From the IMG/VR virus record IMGVR_UViG_3300042391_001376, positions 1-64,000 of that record: a stretch of DNA of 64,000 nt, one strand, 5' to 3'. Below, piece after piece: positions 38,457-49,800 of this stretch. The number at the start of each line of letters is the position of its first letter. The stretch's first letter is position 1. The position numbers and the translations under genes are program-made. The notes beneath the pieces are model-generated. The model saw only the letters and a program-made list of their open reading frames with translations. It searched no databases and was not told where the DNA came from.

Positions 38457-39746
38457 TTAAGCTTGGTCCAAAGTATCATAATCGATAATCAGATCCGACA
38501 ATACTGGAGCTGTTTTATCCTCAAGCATGTTAAGAGTAATTTCTATCCAGACTTCTGTTGAAGCACCGGGGTTAGATGTGCTGTAAGCGGCGTCTATAAG
38601 CTCGTTACCGCCGTCAAAAGGGTAGATGACTCTGTAAGAGAAGGCTTGAGAAACTAGCGACCTAGGGACGTTATATATAACCGGGTCAACGCTATTTATC
38701 GAACCTATAAGTTTGCCAACTGGAGCTTTAAAATTAATTATTGTCTTACCAGAAGAAGCGAACTTATCGTACCTTACATCTAGGTCCGACAAACCATATG
38801 TATATACATACTTGTCGAGTTCTTTAAAGTAATTTTGTTGACGCAAAACTATTCTTACGGCTGTCATATCTAAGTCTGAAAAATAGAAGCACAGGGGACC
38901 AGAATTTCTGATCTCATCCGACCCATCCACTACCCATGCCCCAGGAGGAACATTCCCAATAGCTTCAGTCTCCCCATCGTACAGGGAATTGAAGTTAAGT
39001 GGGGTCCAACCATCTGCTGAAGATAACGTAGGGTTTGCTTTATTTGTATACTCTATGGAATAAACATTAACAGAATGCATTGGATAAGGGTTTAGTTTTA
39101 TGCAGTTTGTTTTTAATGATCCAGTAAACTCTGCGGATATTTTGCAGTAGAAGGTTAGCTGAGCTACCCCCAGCCCATTGCTATCAGCCACTATAGTTCT
39201 ACTCCAAACCTTGGTGGGATCATCTAAGATGGCGTTATAGATCGGAGTTGTATTAACAATAGCTCCAGGTGTATCTACACCGCCTAGATTATTCTCTATA
39301 TTCGTTTTGAATAGATCTGATATAAGTTGACCAACTGAAGAATTGTAAAATTTTACCTTTGAACTTGAAGCGTTAGGTACTTTGGGTAGCGTAATTACGT
39401 TGTAGTGGGGATCAATGGTGAGTAGATCTGTTGGCCCTATGGAGAAATCTGTACCGTTAAACTTACTGTATTCTATTTGATTAAACGAATGTATAGAAGT
39501 TTTGCCGCCGCCAGCTTCAAGTGCCGATATTCTATCGCTTAAATCATCCACGGCATTAGCCAACATTGACTGGTCTTTTAGTACTCTCTCGAAAGCTTGT
39601 TCTAACCTTGCGTCAATAACGTTTGCTTTATTATAAAGATAGAGAAGGTCTTGATAGTTTTCTTCTATTCTAGAATTATAATCGTTGCTATCTGTTGGAC
39701 CACCATACTGGATGTTCCTCTTTTTAGTGTTCAATATGTCAGCCAT
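38457..39746 (-). CDS. Probable virion structural (baseplate/tail) protein
   Basis: Position; N-terminal coiled coil; C-terminal APVLSDLII motif shared with neighbours. Confidence 0.55.
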   Translation of the reverse strand: MADILNTKKRNIQYGGPTDSNDYNSRIEENYQDLLYLYNKANVIDARLEQAFERVLKDQSMLANAVDDLSDRISALEAGGGKTSIHSFNQIEYSKFNGTDFSIGPTDLLTIDPHYNVITLPKVPNASSSKVKFYNSSVGQLISDLFKTNIENNLGGVDTPGAIVNTTPIYNAILDDPTKVWSRTIVADSNGLGVAQLTFYCKISAEFTGSLKTNCIKLNPYPMHSVNVYSIEYTNKANPTLSSADGWTPLNFNSLYDGETEAIGNVPPGAWVVDGSDEIRNSGPLCFYFSDLDMTAVRIVLRQQNYFKELDKYVYTYGLSDLDVRYDKFASSGKTIINFKAPVGKLIGSINSVDPVIYNVPRSLVSQAFSYRVIYPFDGGNELIDAAYSTSNPGASTEVWIEITLNMLEDKTAPVLSDLIIDYDTLDQA

Positions 39747-39747
39747 T

Positions 39748-40152
39748 TTATCTACCGTTCTCTAATCTAATTACTTTTTTTTCGATCCTTGAAAGCACAG
39801 CCGATAATCTATTGGCTTTACTCAAAACTAGATTCTTTTCCGAAGCGGTGTTTAAACCGCTCATATCTTTATAGTAAACTTTTATTGGCGTTAAATCATA
39901 AGATAAGCCATCATTGGATATGTCAAAGTCTGATAAGTTGTTTAAGTTTCCTATAAAATTACCTTCAATATTATCTATAGTTTCTTCTATATCTGATAAT
40001 GAATTGTTTATTTTATTGATATCTATTAAAAAGAAATTTAATTCCCTATTTTCTGCGATGCTACTTCTATACCCTCTATATATTTGTCTAAACCTATTAA
40101 AGAATGGTTGGAACAATTTGTTTTTAGCGTTGCTTGCGTAGGTCATTGGCAT
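39748..40152 (-). CDS. Probable structural protein
   Basis: Position in the structural operon. Confidence 0.5.
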   Translation of the reverse strand: MPMTYASNAKNKLFQPFFNRFRQIYRGYRSSIAENRELNFFLIDINKINNSLSDIEETIDNIEGNFIGNLNNLSDFDISNDGLSYDLTPIKVYYKDMSGLNTASEKNLVLSKANRLSAVLSRIEKKVIRLENGR

Positions 40153-40171
40153 AAGGTCACTCCGGTAATGT

Positions 40172-42292
40172 CTATAAGTCTTTGTGCTTAAACTTAATTT
40201 TTAAAGAATCAACTTTTGGACTAGCAAAAGGGTTTTCAAATCTGGTTAAATCTATTCTGTATCTTATGCTTGAAGGAGCAGTTGCTTTATTCGATAGATA
40301 AGAGAATCTAGACAACCCATTTGTAGGTGCAGATGCTAGTATTTCTTTTCTACCAAAAGGATTATCTATAGTAAAATATAAGTTGTCATTCATATTTCTA
40401 TTTCTAAAATCAAAACTATTTAAATAGAAAAAGTAATCAGTAAATATAGTGCCATAAGTAGACAGGTCCGTTCCATCTGTTAGCGTGAAAGAAACGGCCC
40501 CCGTGCCTGGCTTATTGTAAGTTATGACAAGATCATTTATTCCACTTAAAAAATTCCACTCAATAGTTTCATTTAGCTTACCCGATGGTAGATCTGCTAT
40601 TCTAACTCCGTTTAAATATACAGCTAAATCAAATGTGGTTATAGATTTTTTGATGTTATTGATAACTGTATTTTCTGTTTCGCAAGAAATCTTTGTTTGT
40701 ATATACCCATAGCTTGGGGAAGTAATGCCAGTTGATATTGTCCCCAGATTTTGCACTAGAACATTGCTTAACAAGTTATTATCTACGTTGTTGATTTCAC
40801 TAACCCAATAATTAACATCTTTATATACTTGAGACTCACTACCCAGGTAATAATAATGCTTAAATGAATTTAGATTACCTAATAGCATTGGCATTATATG
40901 ATCTTCGCTCTGGTCCAATGCAGCTACTCTGTAAACTTTTTTGTCTTGATATATTCTAGAGTTAGGGTTCAGGTCATTTATATTTTTAGAGCTTTCATTT
41001 ATTGGTATCAATTGCAACTGCTCTGAATTCGGAGAAGAAGAAATGTATTTAACATTCTTTAAAGACCCATCAAAATTAACTATGTTTTTAAAACCAATAT
41101 TTTGTGATCCGGAAGGAGAAATTGGTGTCCAATTAAAGTCATATATCGAAGTTGCATTCGGGTTATCTACTGCAACAAAATAAGATATGGAGCCATCAGT
41201 TATATATTGCTCCTGGACATCTAAAGACACTGAGTCTATAACCATTTGGCTGTTTGTGCTGACTGGGAGTGCTATAGGTTTTGAAACTATAGTACCATTC
41301 TTAGATCTGGTCACTGAACCTATTATAAGATCCCTTAGCCCTATCCTATAGACGTATGGGGAAGGTGATTCCTTGTCTATATAATCCGGTTCATTTTTAA
41401 ATAGTGTTATTTCAACAGAAGAATAGTTTTTTGGTTTTATAGAAAAACTAAAAACATCATAATCTAAATTAGAATTTTTGATGAACACTTCTTGGGGCGA
41501 ACCATCTGAATAATTAACTTTTAGTTGAGTTAAAATTGGGGAAGAAGTTAATACATAGCCTTCTACTTTTGATAAAATAATATTTCTATTTATAGGCATA
41601 TTCATGACTAAAGAAACAGGGACAGGAGATTGAGTCCTGTGCTCATACATCCAGTAGGTGTCGTTCAGACCATCAAAAACATTGCCGAATGTGTCGACGT
41701 CAATATTGTTTGACACCAACTCCCCATTTTCATATAGAGAGATTGTTGGCCTTATACCAGAAACATTATCTAAAGCAAATGCAGAATACCTATCTGAATT
41801 TTCTGAACTTATTACCGCTGAACCGTTTGACGTATCAACAAACCCAGTGGTAAATGGTATATCTATTTTATCTGCGGAAGAAAAATTCTCAGTATAAGAA
41901 TAAAAATATCCGTCTGCGTTATTATTAACAAATAAAAGATTGTCTACTTTTGATTCAAGTAATTTTCTTTTTGTTTTTAAGTTTTCAATTTTTTTGTTTA
42001 AAGTTGTTGCGACTTTAAAAAGCTCGTCATTATTTTCTAAAATAGTATCATACAAAACATCTAGATTGAACAAGCTGTTGATCATCAGTTCATTTAAAAT
42101 ATCAACATTAGTTTTATCTGTTCCGTTAAGTGCAGCATAATCTATCGGCAAAGGGAAGCCTGCTTTGTTTACCGAAAAATAGTCACTAAACGCATTTAAT
42201 ATTTGCTGCTCTGTTGGCTTGGTGCCATTAGAATAATATAACTTATATATATTTTCTAAAAATCTTCTTTTTTGTATTGTTGATATGTTCAT
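40172..42292 (-). CDS. Probable virion structural protein
   Basis: Beta-rich; C-terminal SPKVDSLKIK. Confidence 0.55.
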   Translation of the reverse strand: MNISTIQKRRFLENIYKLYYSNGTKPTEQQILNAFSDYFSVNKAGFPLPIDYAALNGTDKTNVDILNELMINSLFNLDVLYDTILENNDELFKVATTLNKKIENLKTKRKLLESKVDNLLFVNNNADGYFYSYTENFSSADKIDIPFTTGFVDTSNGSAVISSENSDRYSAFALDNVSGIRPTISLYENGELVSNNIDVDTFGNVFDGLNDTYWMYEHRTQSPVPVSLVMNMPINRNIILSKVEGYVLTSSPILTQLKVNYSDGSPQEVFIKNSNLDYDVFSFSIKPKNYSSVEITLFKNEPDYIDKESPSPYVYRIGLRDLIIGSVTRSKNGTIVSKPIALPVSTNSQMVIDSVSLDVQEQYITDGSISYFVAVDNPNATSIYDFNWTPISPSGSQNIGFKNIVNFDGSLKNVKYISSSPNSEQLQLIPINESSKNINDLNPNSRIYQDKKVYRVAALDQSEDHIMPMLLGNLNSFKHYYYLGSESQVYKDVNYWVSEINNVDNNLLSNVLVQNLGTISTGITSPSYGYIQTKISCETENTVINNIKKSITTFDLAVYLNGVRIADLPSGKLNETIEWNFLSGINDLVITYNKPGTGAVSFTLTDGTDLSTYGTIFTDYFFYLNSFDFRNRNMNDNLYFTIDNPFGRKEILASAPTNGLSRFSYLSNKATAPSSIRYRIDLTRFENPFASPKVDSLKIKFKHKDL

Positions 42293-44211
42293 ACTTGCTT
42301 AACCTTTGCTGCCAATTTATAAGAGTAGACAACTGGTGTAACGTTAGATGAACCCTTAACTATTCTGATCTTAACTAGAATATTTTTTACCTGGCTTGGA
42401 ACGGAATATTCAATTTTATTTATTGTTGTCTTTGGATAATTAAGGTATTGGACACCAGGCAACTTAAAACCCACGGCTATGTTTTGGTTGAAAGCTAGTA
42501 TCTCAGGGATTGATATGTTAGATGTTTTGCTTACAGTAAAACCGTATTGCACTGGTGCAATTTCTATCCACTTTTCTCCACCGTCCAAAGATACATAGCT
42601 CTGTATGTACCCGCCCGATCCTGAAATTTCGTTATAGTTACTTTCAATATCTAGCATCAGCGACTCTATGGGGGTATCAAATAAATACGGTTTTGAAATT
42701 ATATCTGCAGACAACTCATACTCCTGGTAGGCAAGAGCTACATCCCTAATGCCTATTGACATTCTTTTTGCCGGCAGAACTTCGTTTGAAATTTTTAATG
42801 GAATAGTAAAATTCTCTTCAGTCAAACCGGCTGAATCAGATTCATTTGAAGTTTTAATCACAACATTTAAATTTTGACTTAAACTATTATCTTTTTTAAA
42901 AACATTAGGGTTAGTCAACGTTGGTACTGTCGCGGATTTATTGTAAATAGTTTTAGTATATAGATCTTTATCAATCATTTCTGGGTTAAATCTATTGATT
43001 CCATAAAAAGGGCTGTTGTCTGCATTAGCAGATTCGTAATTTGTTTCCCAATAGGTATGCAATACTTCTACGTCTTGATAGTATGGTTGTTCAAGAACTA
43101 TTCTGCATTCTTTTACTCTTCTTTCTGAAAAGAAAAAAACTGCTGAGTTTAGAGAGTAATTATTTAAAGATTCCTTAGTAAGATTTTCTAAAGATAAACC
43201 TATAAAAAATTCTTTCTTTAATATGTTTTCTGTATTCCCGGCTAGATCTGTTAAGTGTATCTCTTTTACTTTAACTATTTTAGATGAATCAAAATATGGA
43301 GTTATATTTATTGAATTTGCTTTTTGAGCTGTATTAGATTTAATTGTGAAATCAAATATCAAAGGCTCATTTATGTCGTGGTCGGCCCAATTAATTAATG
43401 AGTTCTGTTCTGCACTAACTATGCTAGGGTCATTGACGATATAGCTAAATTCTTCTTCGCTCCTATACACATCATCAGTTGGAGTAACCCTTAAGGCTTC
43501 ATAGACAAAATATGTAGCCGGGTTAGAATCAATTAAGCTGTTAACATTTGAAGAACTTGGAGAGTTAACAAAACTGTATTCATAATTTATGCCAGAAATA
43601 TCATTTTGTTTTTTTACAGCCAAGTTGTTATTGCCTATAAAGCCATTGGAACGGTTAATGTTTACTCTGCTTGGCAGCCATTTAATTGGCCTGTCTTTTA
43701 TCCTTAGTGAAGCAAAACCGTTTGTTATCATCGGGTTTTGATTTACTTGAACTTTTTGCCAATCAATATAGTCTCCGTTTTCAAAAGAATCACCATTGTA
43801 AATTAAATCGTTTGAAGGACTAAGGCTGTACATCTGCAGGACTTTTGTCTTTGAAAGTATTCTTTCTGAATACTTTTTTTCATTTTCTATCTCTGAAGTG
43901 AAAAGGTTAAACAAACTAACTGCTTTGGCATTCAAAAAATCAAGCTGCTTAGCGGAAACATTTATATCATCTCTTATTGAATTTATAAATTTATTCATCT
44001 TAGTAGACGAAGGGGGCTCACTCTTGGTGAATAGTTCTAGAGAAGTTTGCGGCGAATTAATCTTATCGTATATATCTTTTAGATTTTTATTGAAATCTTC
44101 TAGAACATCTTGCTTAGTTACATAGTCCCCAGCAGCCTGCTTCTTAAGCATGTTTGCAATACTTAAAGCGATCTGATCATAGACTAAAGTTATTGGAGAA
44201 AGTTGTGTCAT
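42289..44211 (-). CDS. Probable virion structural protein
   Basis: C-terminal TPVVYSYKL; YNGDSF motif. Confidence 0.55.
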   Translation of the reverse strand: MTQLSPITLVYDQIALSIANMLKKQAAGDYVTKQDVLEDFNKNLKDIYDKINSPQTSLELFTKSEPPSSTKMNKFINSIRDDINVSAKQLDFLNAKAVSLFNLFTSEIENEKKYSERILSKTKVLQMYSLSPSNDLIYNGDSFENGDYIDWQKVQVNQNPMITNGFASLRIKDRPIKWLPSRVNINRSNGFIGNNNLAVKKQNDISGINYEYSFVNSPSSSNVNSLIDSNPATYFVYEALRVTPTDDVYRSEEEFSYIVNDPSIVSAEQNSLINWADHDINEPLIFDFTIKSNTAQKANSINITPYFDSSKIVKVKEIHLTDLAGNTENILKKEFFIGLSLENLTKESLNNYSLNSAVFFFSERRVKECRIVLEQPYYQDVEVLHTYWETNYESANADNSPFYGINRFNPEMIDKDLYTKTIYNKSATVPTLTNPNVFKKDNSLSQNLNVVIKTSNESDSAGLTEENFTIPLKISNEVLPAKRMSIGIRDVALAYQEYELSADIISKPYLFDTPIESLMLDIESNYNEISGSGGYIQSYVSLDGGEKWIEIAPVQYGFTVSKTSNISIPEILAFNQNIAVGFKLPGVQYLNYPKTTINKIEYSVPSQVKNILVKIRIVKGSSNVTPVVYSYKLAAKVKQV

Positions 44212-44220
44212 AATTTTTCT

Positions 44221-46869
44221 TTAATTACTAGAAATTGCTTTAGTTAGCTTATCATAATAAGGGTCATAGTTCTTTGTTTTTGCTTTAAGCATGACGAGAT
44301 CTACGGCTCCAGAATAGCTTGTGTCTGGGACGTTCTTTCTCATGACCAATCTGAACCTAATAGTATCGGCCAAGTAGTCATAAAAAACAACTATTTCTCC
44401 CGCTACCTCTTTATCAAAGATAATATTTTTACCGTTTTGTATAAAATAATACAATGAATTAGAATCCCTAAATTGAGGGAAGTCTTTAGTCCCAGTGTAA
44501 TTTGTGAGGTTGATAGCCAAAGAGCCGTCTGGCATTTGAATCTTGATTGGGGCGTACCCTGTCTGACTGCCCTGGAATATAGTCCCTATTAAAGGACTGT
44601 AGATAGCACTATTTATATCTTTATTGTTAATATGCGGTATATTCTGTAGTTGTATTCTGTTGAGTGCGTCGGTGCCACCAAAAGTTTCATTAGAATAACC
44701 ATTGCTAGATGATGACTTTAGGGTTTCATCTAGTAAATTCAACCTAAAAAAATCAACATAATCTACGTTATAAAGTGACAGGTCTATTTGGTAAGCACAG
44801 GAGTATATTGAATTTTTTTCTAATTTAAAAACACTAATAGAATTATTGTCAGATATTTTGTAGTCAGATGGCTTTAGGGTCATACCATTTTTGTACAATA
44901 CAAATGCATTACCCTTAAAAGGGAACCTGGTATTGGCCTGGTAAGTTTGTTCATCAAAAAATAAAACTTCTGAATCTATTTTTTCAACACCAGATTCAAC
45001 TATAGGTGTCCAATCCGTTTCTGAAAAAGGAATATCTTTATTTGATATAGATAGTTCATAAGAAATTGGATATTTTAAATCTAATTTAGAATCTAGAATA
45101 TTGAATTCATTATCATTTTTTATTATCTTAGATTTAATTGCTAAAGGATACCCATTAAAGTTTATTTTCTTACTCATAAAACAAGACTTAAGAGATTGGC
45201 TAGGTTGAGTTTCGCAAAAATCTATGCTTTGTAGCGAGAAACTGTACTCATAAGCATCCGATATTTCCTGAGTCACCAACTCTTTTAAGGTTCTATTCTT
45301 CCAAGCAAAGCTATTCTCTGCCCCAATTTCTCCATTAATTATGTTATTGTTTGAATTTTGTGTCGGCAAGAACATTGGTTTAGTAAAGTTGAATATTGAA
45401 TTTACATTACTGTCGGTATTGACAAACACTGGGTTGTCAAATATCTCTCCCCTATCGCCAATCGCATTGATGAAGATGCTTCTAAATAAATTAGTTATAA
45501 GATTGTTTGGAAGAACATGAACTAAATCAGCTGAGAATTTTTCATTGATATAATTATTTTGATAGTTTGAGGACAATATATTATCATTTATAATTGGATA
45601 TTTATATGAATAATAATCATTAATCCTATTGTAAGGATTCTTTGAAGTCTGCCTAAAGCTATTCTTTTTTAAGAATAGATTATAAACTAAACTTTGAAGT
45701 TTATCTGTATTTTTATTTTTTATTTCTTTTACAAATTTAGCTGTGTTATATAAATTTTTCGAATTTATTTCTGTTGCAATTGGCAGGTTTTCTGTCCTGG
45801 TATATGTTGGTTGATTAAATATCAGGATAACTTTGTTAACATTCTTTTTTGTAAATGAAATTTCCGTTGACCCCTCTATCAATCTAGGAGAAGACAGGAC
45901 TCCGTATTCAGTTGATGTGTCAGAAGGTACCGGCATAATCGTGACAATTTCATCGAATTCTTCTGAGTAATTATTTACCGAGAATTTACTTTCATCCAGA
46001 TTAGAGAACAACACCACCTGTAGCAGCTGTAGTCCATTGCCATGACCGCCATCTATCAGTATGGAATCCATTGTCTGAGGGAAAGCAAACTGTAACTCGA
46101 CAGCTGTTTGAGCCCCAAAAATATTTGCAGTAGAATAAGCAATATACTTAGAGTAGTTAGACAATTTTGAAGTAATAACTACAGGCGATTTAGCCGTTAC
46201 GCTCCATGAGTCTGTGTAAACATTATTTATTGCAGAAGAAAAATCAGTATCAGTGGTTATATAATCGGCATAGTTAGATGTTATAGAGTAGCTTTGAATA
46301 AAATCTAAAGAATTTTTTGTATAAGTTTTTTCTCCTATTTTAAACAAGCCTAATTTAGTATCTATAAACCCATTCCCAGATTCATTAAAATTAATTCCAT
46401 CCCTGTCTGGCAAGGGCAAGACATATCCGTCTGCCCTGTAATCGTTCATAAAATTATCAAATTTTTCTACATAATTAGAATTAAATAAATCATCTTTGCC
46501 AGATATATATTCATAGTTATCTATATAAGATTCTAAAGCTTGAATATCTTTTTCTATTTTTTGTATCTCTGAAGAAAAAACATCTATTATAGAATTAATA
46601 AACAAGTTAACCACATTGACAGACGAGTAATAAGACTTAGTCCTTAGGTCTGCATCTCTAAATATATCTATGAAGACTTGTTTATTCATTTCTGAAAGAG
46701 CGCCGAAGTTAGCCGGAGAAAAGTTTGCATCAGCTCTAAAGGAATTAAGCCTTGATATAAGTGAAGAAATATCTTGTTTACTTGTTTTTATTTCTTTTAT
46801 TATAGAACCTATAGCTGATTGGGAATTGTTTGATAAAGTATTAATCATCGATGGAAGAAATCTATTCAT
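44221..46869 (-). CDS. Probable virion structural protein
   Basis: 882 aa; YVEKF motif; C-terminal SGAVDLVMLK. Confidence 0.55.
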   Translation of the reverse strand: MNRFLPSMINTLSNNSQSAIGSIIKEIKTSKQDISSLISRLNSFRADANFSPANFGALSEMNKQVFIDIFRDADLRTKSYYSSVNVVNLFINSIIDVFSSEIQKIEKDIQALESYIDNYEYISGKDDLFNSNYVEKFDNFMNDYRADGYVLPLPDRDGINFNESGNGFIDTKLGLFKIGEKTYTKNSLDFIQSYSITSNYADYITTDTDFSSAINNVYTDSWSVTAKSPVVITSKLSNYSKYIAYSTANIFGAQTAVELQFAFPQTMDSILIDGGHGNGLQLLQVVLFSNLDESKFSVNNYSEEFDEIVTIMPVPSDTSTEYGVLSSPRLIEGSTEISFTKKNVNKVILIFNQPTYTRTENLPIATEINSKNLYNTAKFVKEIKNKNTDKLQSLVYNLFLKKNSFRQTSKNPYNRINDYYSYKYPIINDNILSSNYQNNYINEKFSADLVHVLPNNLITNLFRSIFINAIGDRGEIFDNPVFVNTDSNVNSIFNFTKPMFLPTQNSNNNIINGEIGAENSFAWKNRTLKELVTQEISDAYEYSFSLQSIDFCETQPSQSLKSCFMSKKINFNGYPLAIKSKIIKNDNEFNILDSKLDLKYPISYELSISNKDIPFSETDWTPIVESGVEKIDSEVLFFDEQTYQANTRFPFKGNAFVLYKNGMTLKPSDYKISDNNSISVFKLEKNSIYSCAYQIDLSLYNVDYVDFFRLNLLDETLKSSSSNGYSNETFGGTDALNRIQLQNIPHINNKDINSAIYSPLIGTIFQGSQTGYAPIKIQMPDGSLAINLTNYTGTKDFPQFRDSNSLYYFIQNGKNIIFDKEVAGEIVVFYDYLADTIRFRLVMRKNVPDTSYSGAVDLVMLKAKTKNYDPYYDKLTKAISSN

Positions 46870-49800
46870 AAGTCTTTGTCCTCCAAGCTACACCATCTAA
46901 GTTTTGGATCTCGAACCCAACACCCGCAGTAATGTTCCTATTAACTATATCATATATTTCTTCTATAGATTTAAAATTGTCTTTAACTGCGTCAGGAATC
47001 CTTATTATCACATAACCGCCCTTAGGATATGTTGTAGGGTTCATCGAATAAATGTCCCAGTAAGAATTAACTCCATTGATTTGTCTTAATTCAGAGTAAG
47101 AAGTGACATCTGAAACAACGCCACCACCCTTGACCCTAACGTCATTTATGTTCACAGAAGAATTTTGATCAGAATTTGTTATATAAACAACGCCTATAGG
47201 TAAAGCTATAGGATCATATCTATGAGAAAGCTTATTGAACATATTTTTATCAGAAGTAAAATGAACTGGATAAGAATTTGCATATTCAGATACTGCAATC
47301 TTCTTGTTAATAGACGGTTGATTGACTGGCCCCTCATACATTGTGTGGACTGGGTTACTTAATACATCTATCTTTGTCGGCATAAGGTATATGTATAGTG
47401 GTTTATTATCATCTATTTTATCATAATTCAAGAAAGGATTAAGCGGCACTTCTTCGCCCTCTACTTGGTAAATCCAAACCGTATTATCGACTATGGTGTA
47501 ATCAACTTTTATCAAGTCAGAAGAAGCAACTATTGCTGATTTGAATTCTATGATGCCACTGTTCGAATCAATATCTTTAACTTCGCTGTATGGAAGCTCA
47601 AGCCAAGTGGAAGATGTATCTGCCCTTACATAGACTGTTAAGGCTGGAATAATTGCTGGCAATTTAGACTCCACCTGGTCGTCTATCGGCATGGTGTACA
47701 TCAAGAGCGGTGTCCTACGAAGTTTTATTTTCTTCGAGGAAATTACCAAAGGTATTTCATTTTTTATATCTTTATTTTTATGACCAAAAATTCTTGAGAA
47801 ATTGTTGGCAAGAATAGAAGCTGAAGTGTCATACGTACAGCTAAGAACCTGACCAACGTACTTTGCTCTCCAGTCAGAGAAGGCATAATTCCTTGATAGG
47901 AATATGTTTTTATTAAAGGATCCGGCAGTTACCCTCAATGGCCATGGTTCTTTCCTGGTTATCGGGTCTGACATTTCTGTGATCTTTATCGCACTCGAAT
48001 TACGGTACTTGACTGAATAGACAGGAGTGATCATTTTTGGGCTCAAAGATATAGGCTTATAGGTGTTTGTATTTTGTGCCCCGATATAATCTACAGACTG
48101 GTCTAAGTTGCCATCTGCGTCAAATGCCATTGTCGCAACGTAAATATTGTTTACCCCTCTTGAAATAATATCGTTATAAGAAACTAGCTTGCCTATGAAT
48201 TCTTTTTCTTTTCTATCATAGAACCCATAAACCAAACCATCATTTTCATATGTATTATTATTAATTGATACGTAACCATACTTAATATCAAATGTGAAAG
48301 ATGGATCATATTGGGTGGTACTTATTATGTCAGCGCCAACATCCTCAGGAGAAGGCACCCCGACCGGCTTGCCAGAAGAATCACACAAAAGAATTAAACC
48401 ATCATTAACAGTGATCGAATTAACTTTTTCTATAAATTCTCCATCTGTATTAATTAAAGAATATGTATCTATTATATTTTCTTCAGATAAATAAGTATCT
48501 CTACCCGAATAATAAGTGGCAGATGTTTTTATTTTAAATCCACTAGATTTAGGTTGAGTAGGCGTCAAAATATTTGGTACATTTCCATGATAAAACACTG
48601 TGCAAACAGACGAAGGTGTGACGGATTGAGCATTAACTTTTGACGTTACTGAAATTAATTCAACTGATGTACCGTTGTCTATAGAAACAGCAACTGGGTT
48701 TGCAAAGTTGATCGTTATTCCATTATTTTGTATTGTATCTATTGTGTTTGGATCGCTCACAACCTGCTCGTTTAGTAGTGCATTAAGTGAAGTGTCTATT
48801 ATAGGAGTCTGTGATGATAATGTTTTTGAGTAAGATTTTCCTAAATAATTATAGGAAAAACTATCAAGTAATACGTTTTTGCCACTTAAATATCCAACGT
48901 TGTAATCAACACTGTACTCTGACAGTGAAGAAAGATTATCAAAGTTTTCAGTTAAATAAGCTGTTGCACTAATGTATACATCTGTTGTTTGTATCAAATC
49001 TTTATAAACTATACTTCTTTCAACTTCATCTAAATCTAAATTGATTGGATTTATTTCCTGATTCTCATCAGGCGTTGGGTTAAAGAAGGAAATGATATCT
49101 TCTGTCCAATTTTGACTAGCGTTACTCCATACATAAAACTTGTTAGTCAAAGTTGTATATATTAAGTGTCCATCAAGGGAGCTGACAAGTTTATTGCCTG
49201 ACCAAGATAAGTTAACATCCTGGATTCCGTCTTGGTCCAGTAGCCAATAGTTTGCAAGCTCTTCTATTTCTGGCTTGTCTATACTTGGGAAAGCTTGATG
49301 CACCTTATTGTAGTCAAAAGGTGTATCTTCTATAGAATCTTTTGGTGGTTCTGATGTATCTTTGGTTTTTAGATCTGCGGTAATGCCAACGATCCCAAAT
49401 CCTTCCGCAAGACTGCCCCAAGGTCCGCCTAATTGTCTGCCATTGGTTTGTATCCTGACGAACATATTCTTACACGTTGCAGTAGAGACTCCAGCTAAAT
49501 CTATCTCCAAATTATTTCCGACTAAGGTGACCCCATTGGTTGCCTTGTTTACAGCATAAGCCTTAAAGATGGTGTTAGCAGCGAATCTTTTTTGTCCACC
49601 CTGGATTGGATCTTCTGGCGAATAACCATAGCCCACCAACTTAACCTTATTCCACGGAGCGCCTTCTAATTTAATTCTTATCTTATTAACCTTTTGATAA
49701 TTTTCTGGGTTTGGAATAGAAAAGAAAATGAAGTCTTCTATGGTTGAAGGAGAGTTTGAAACATTTCCCGTAAAAGAAATTCTTCTATATGATCCACCAG

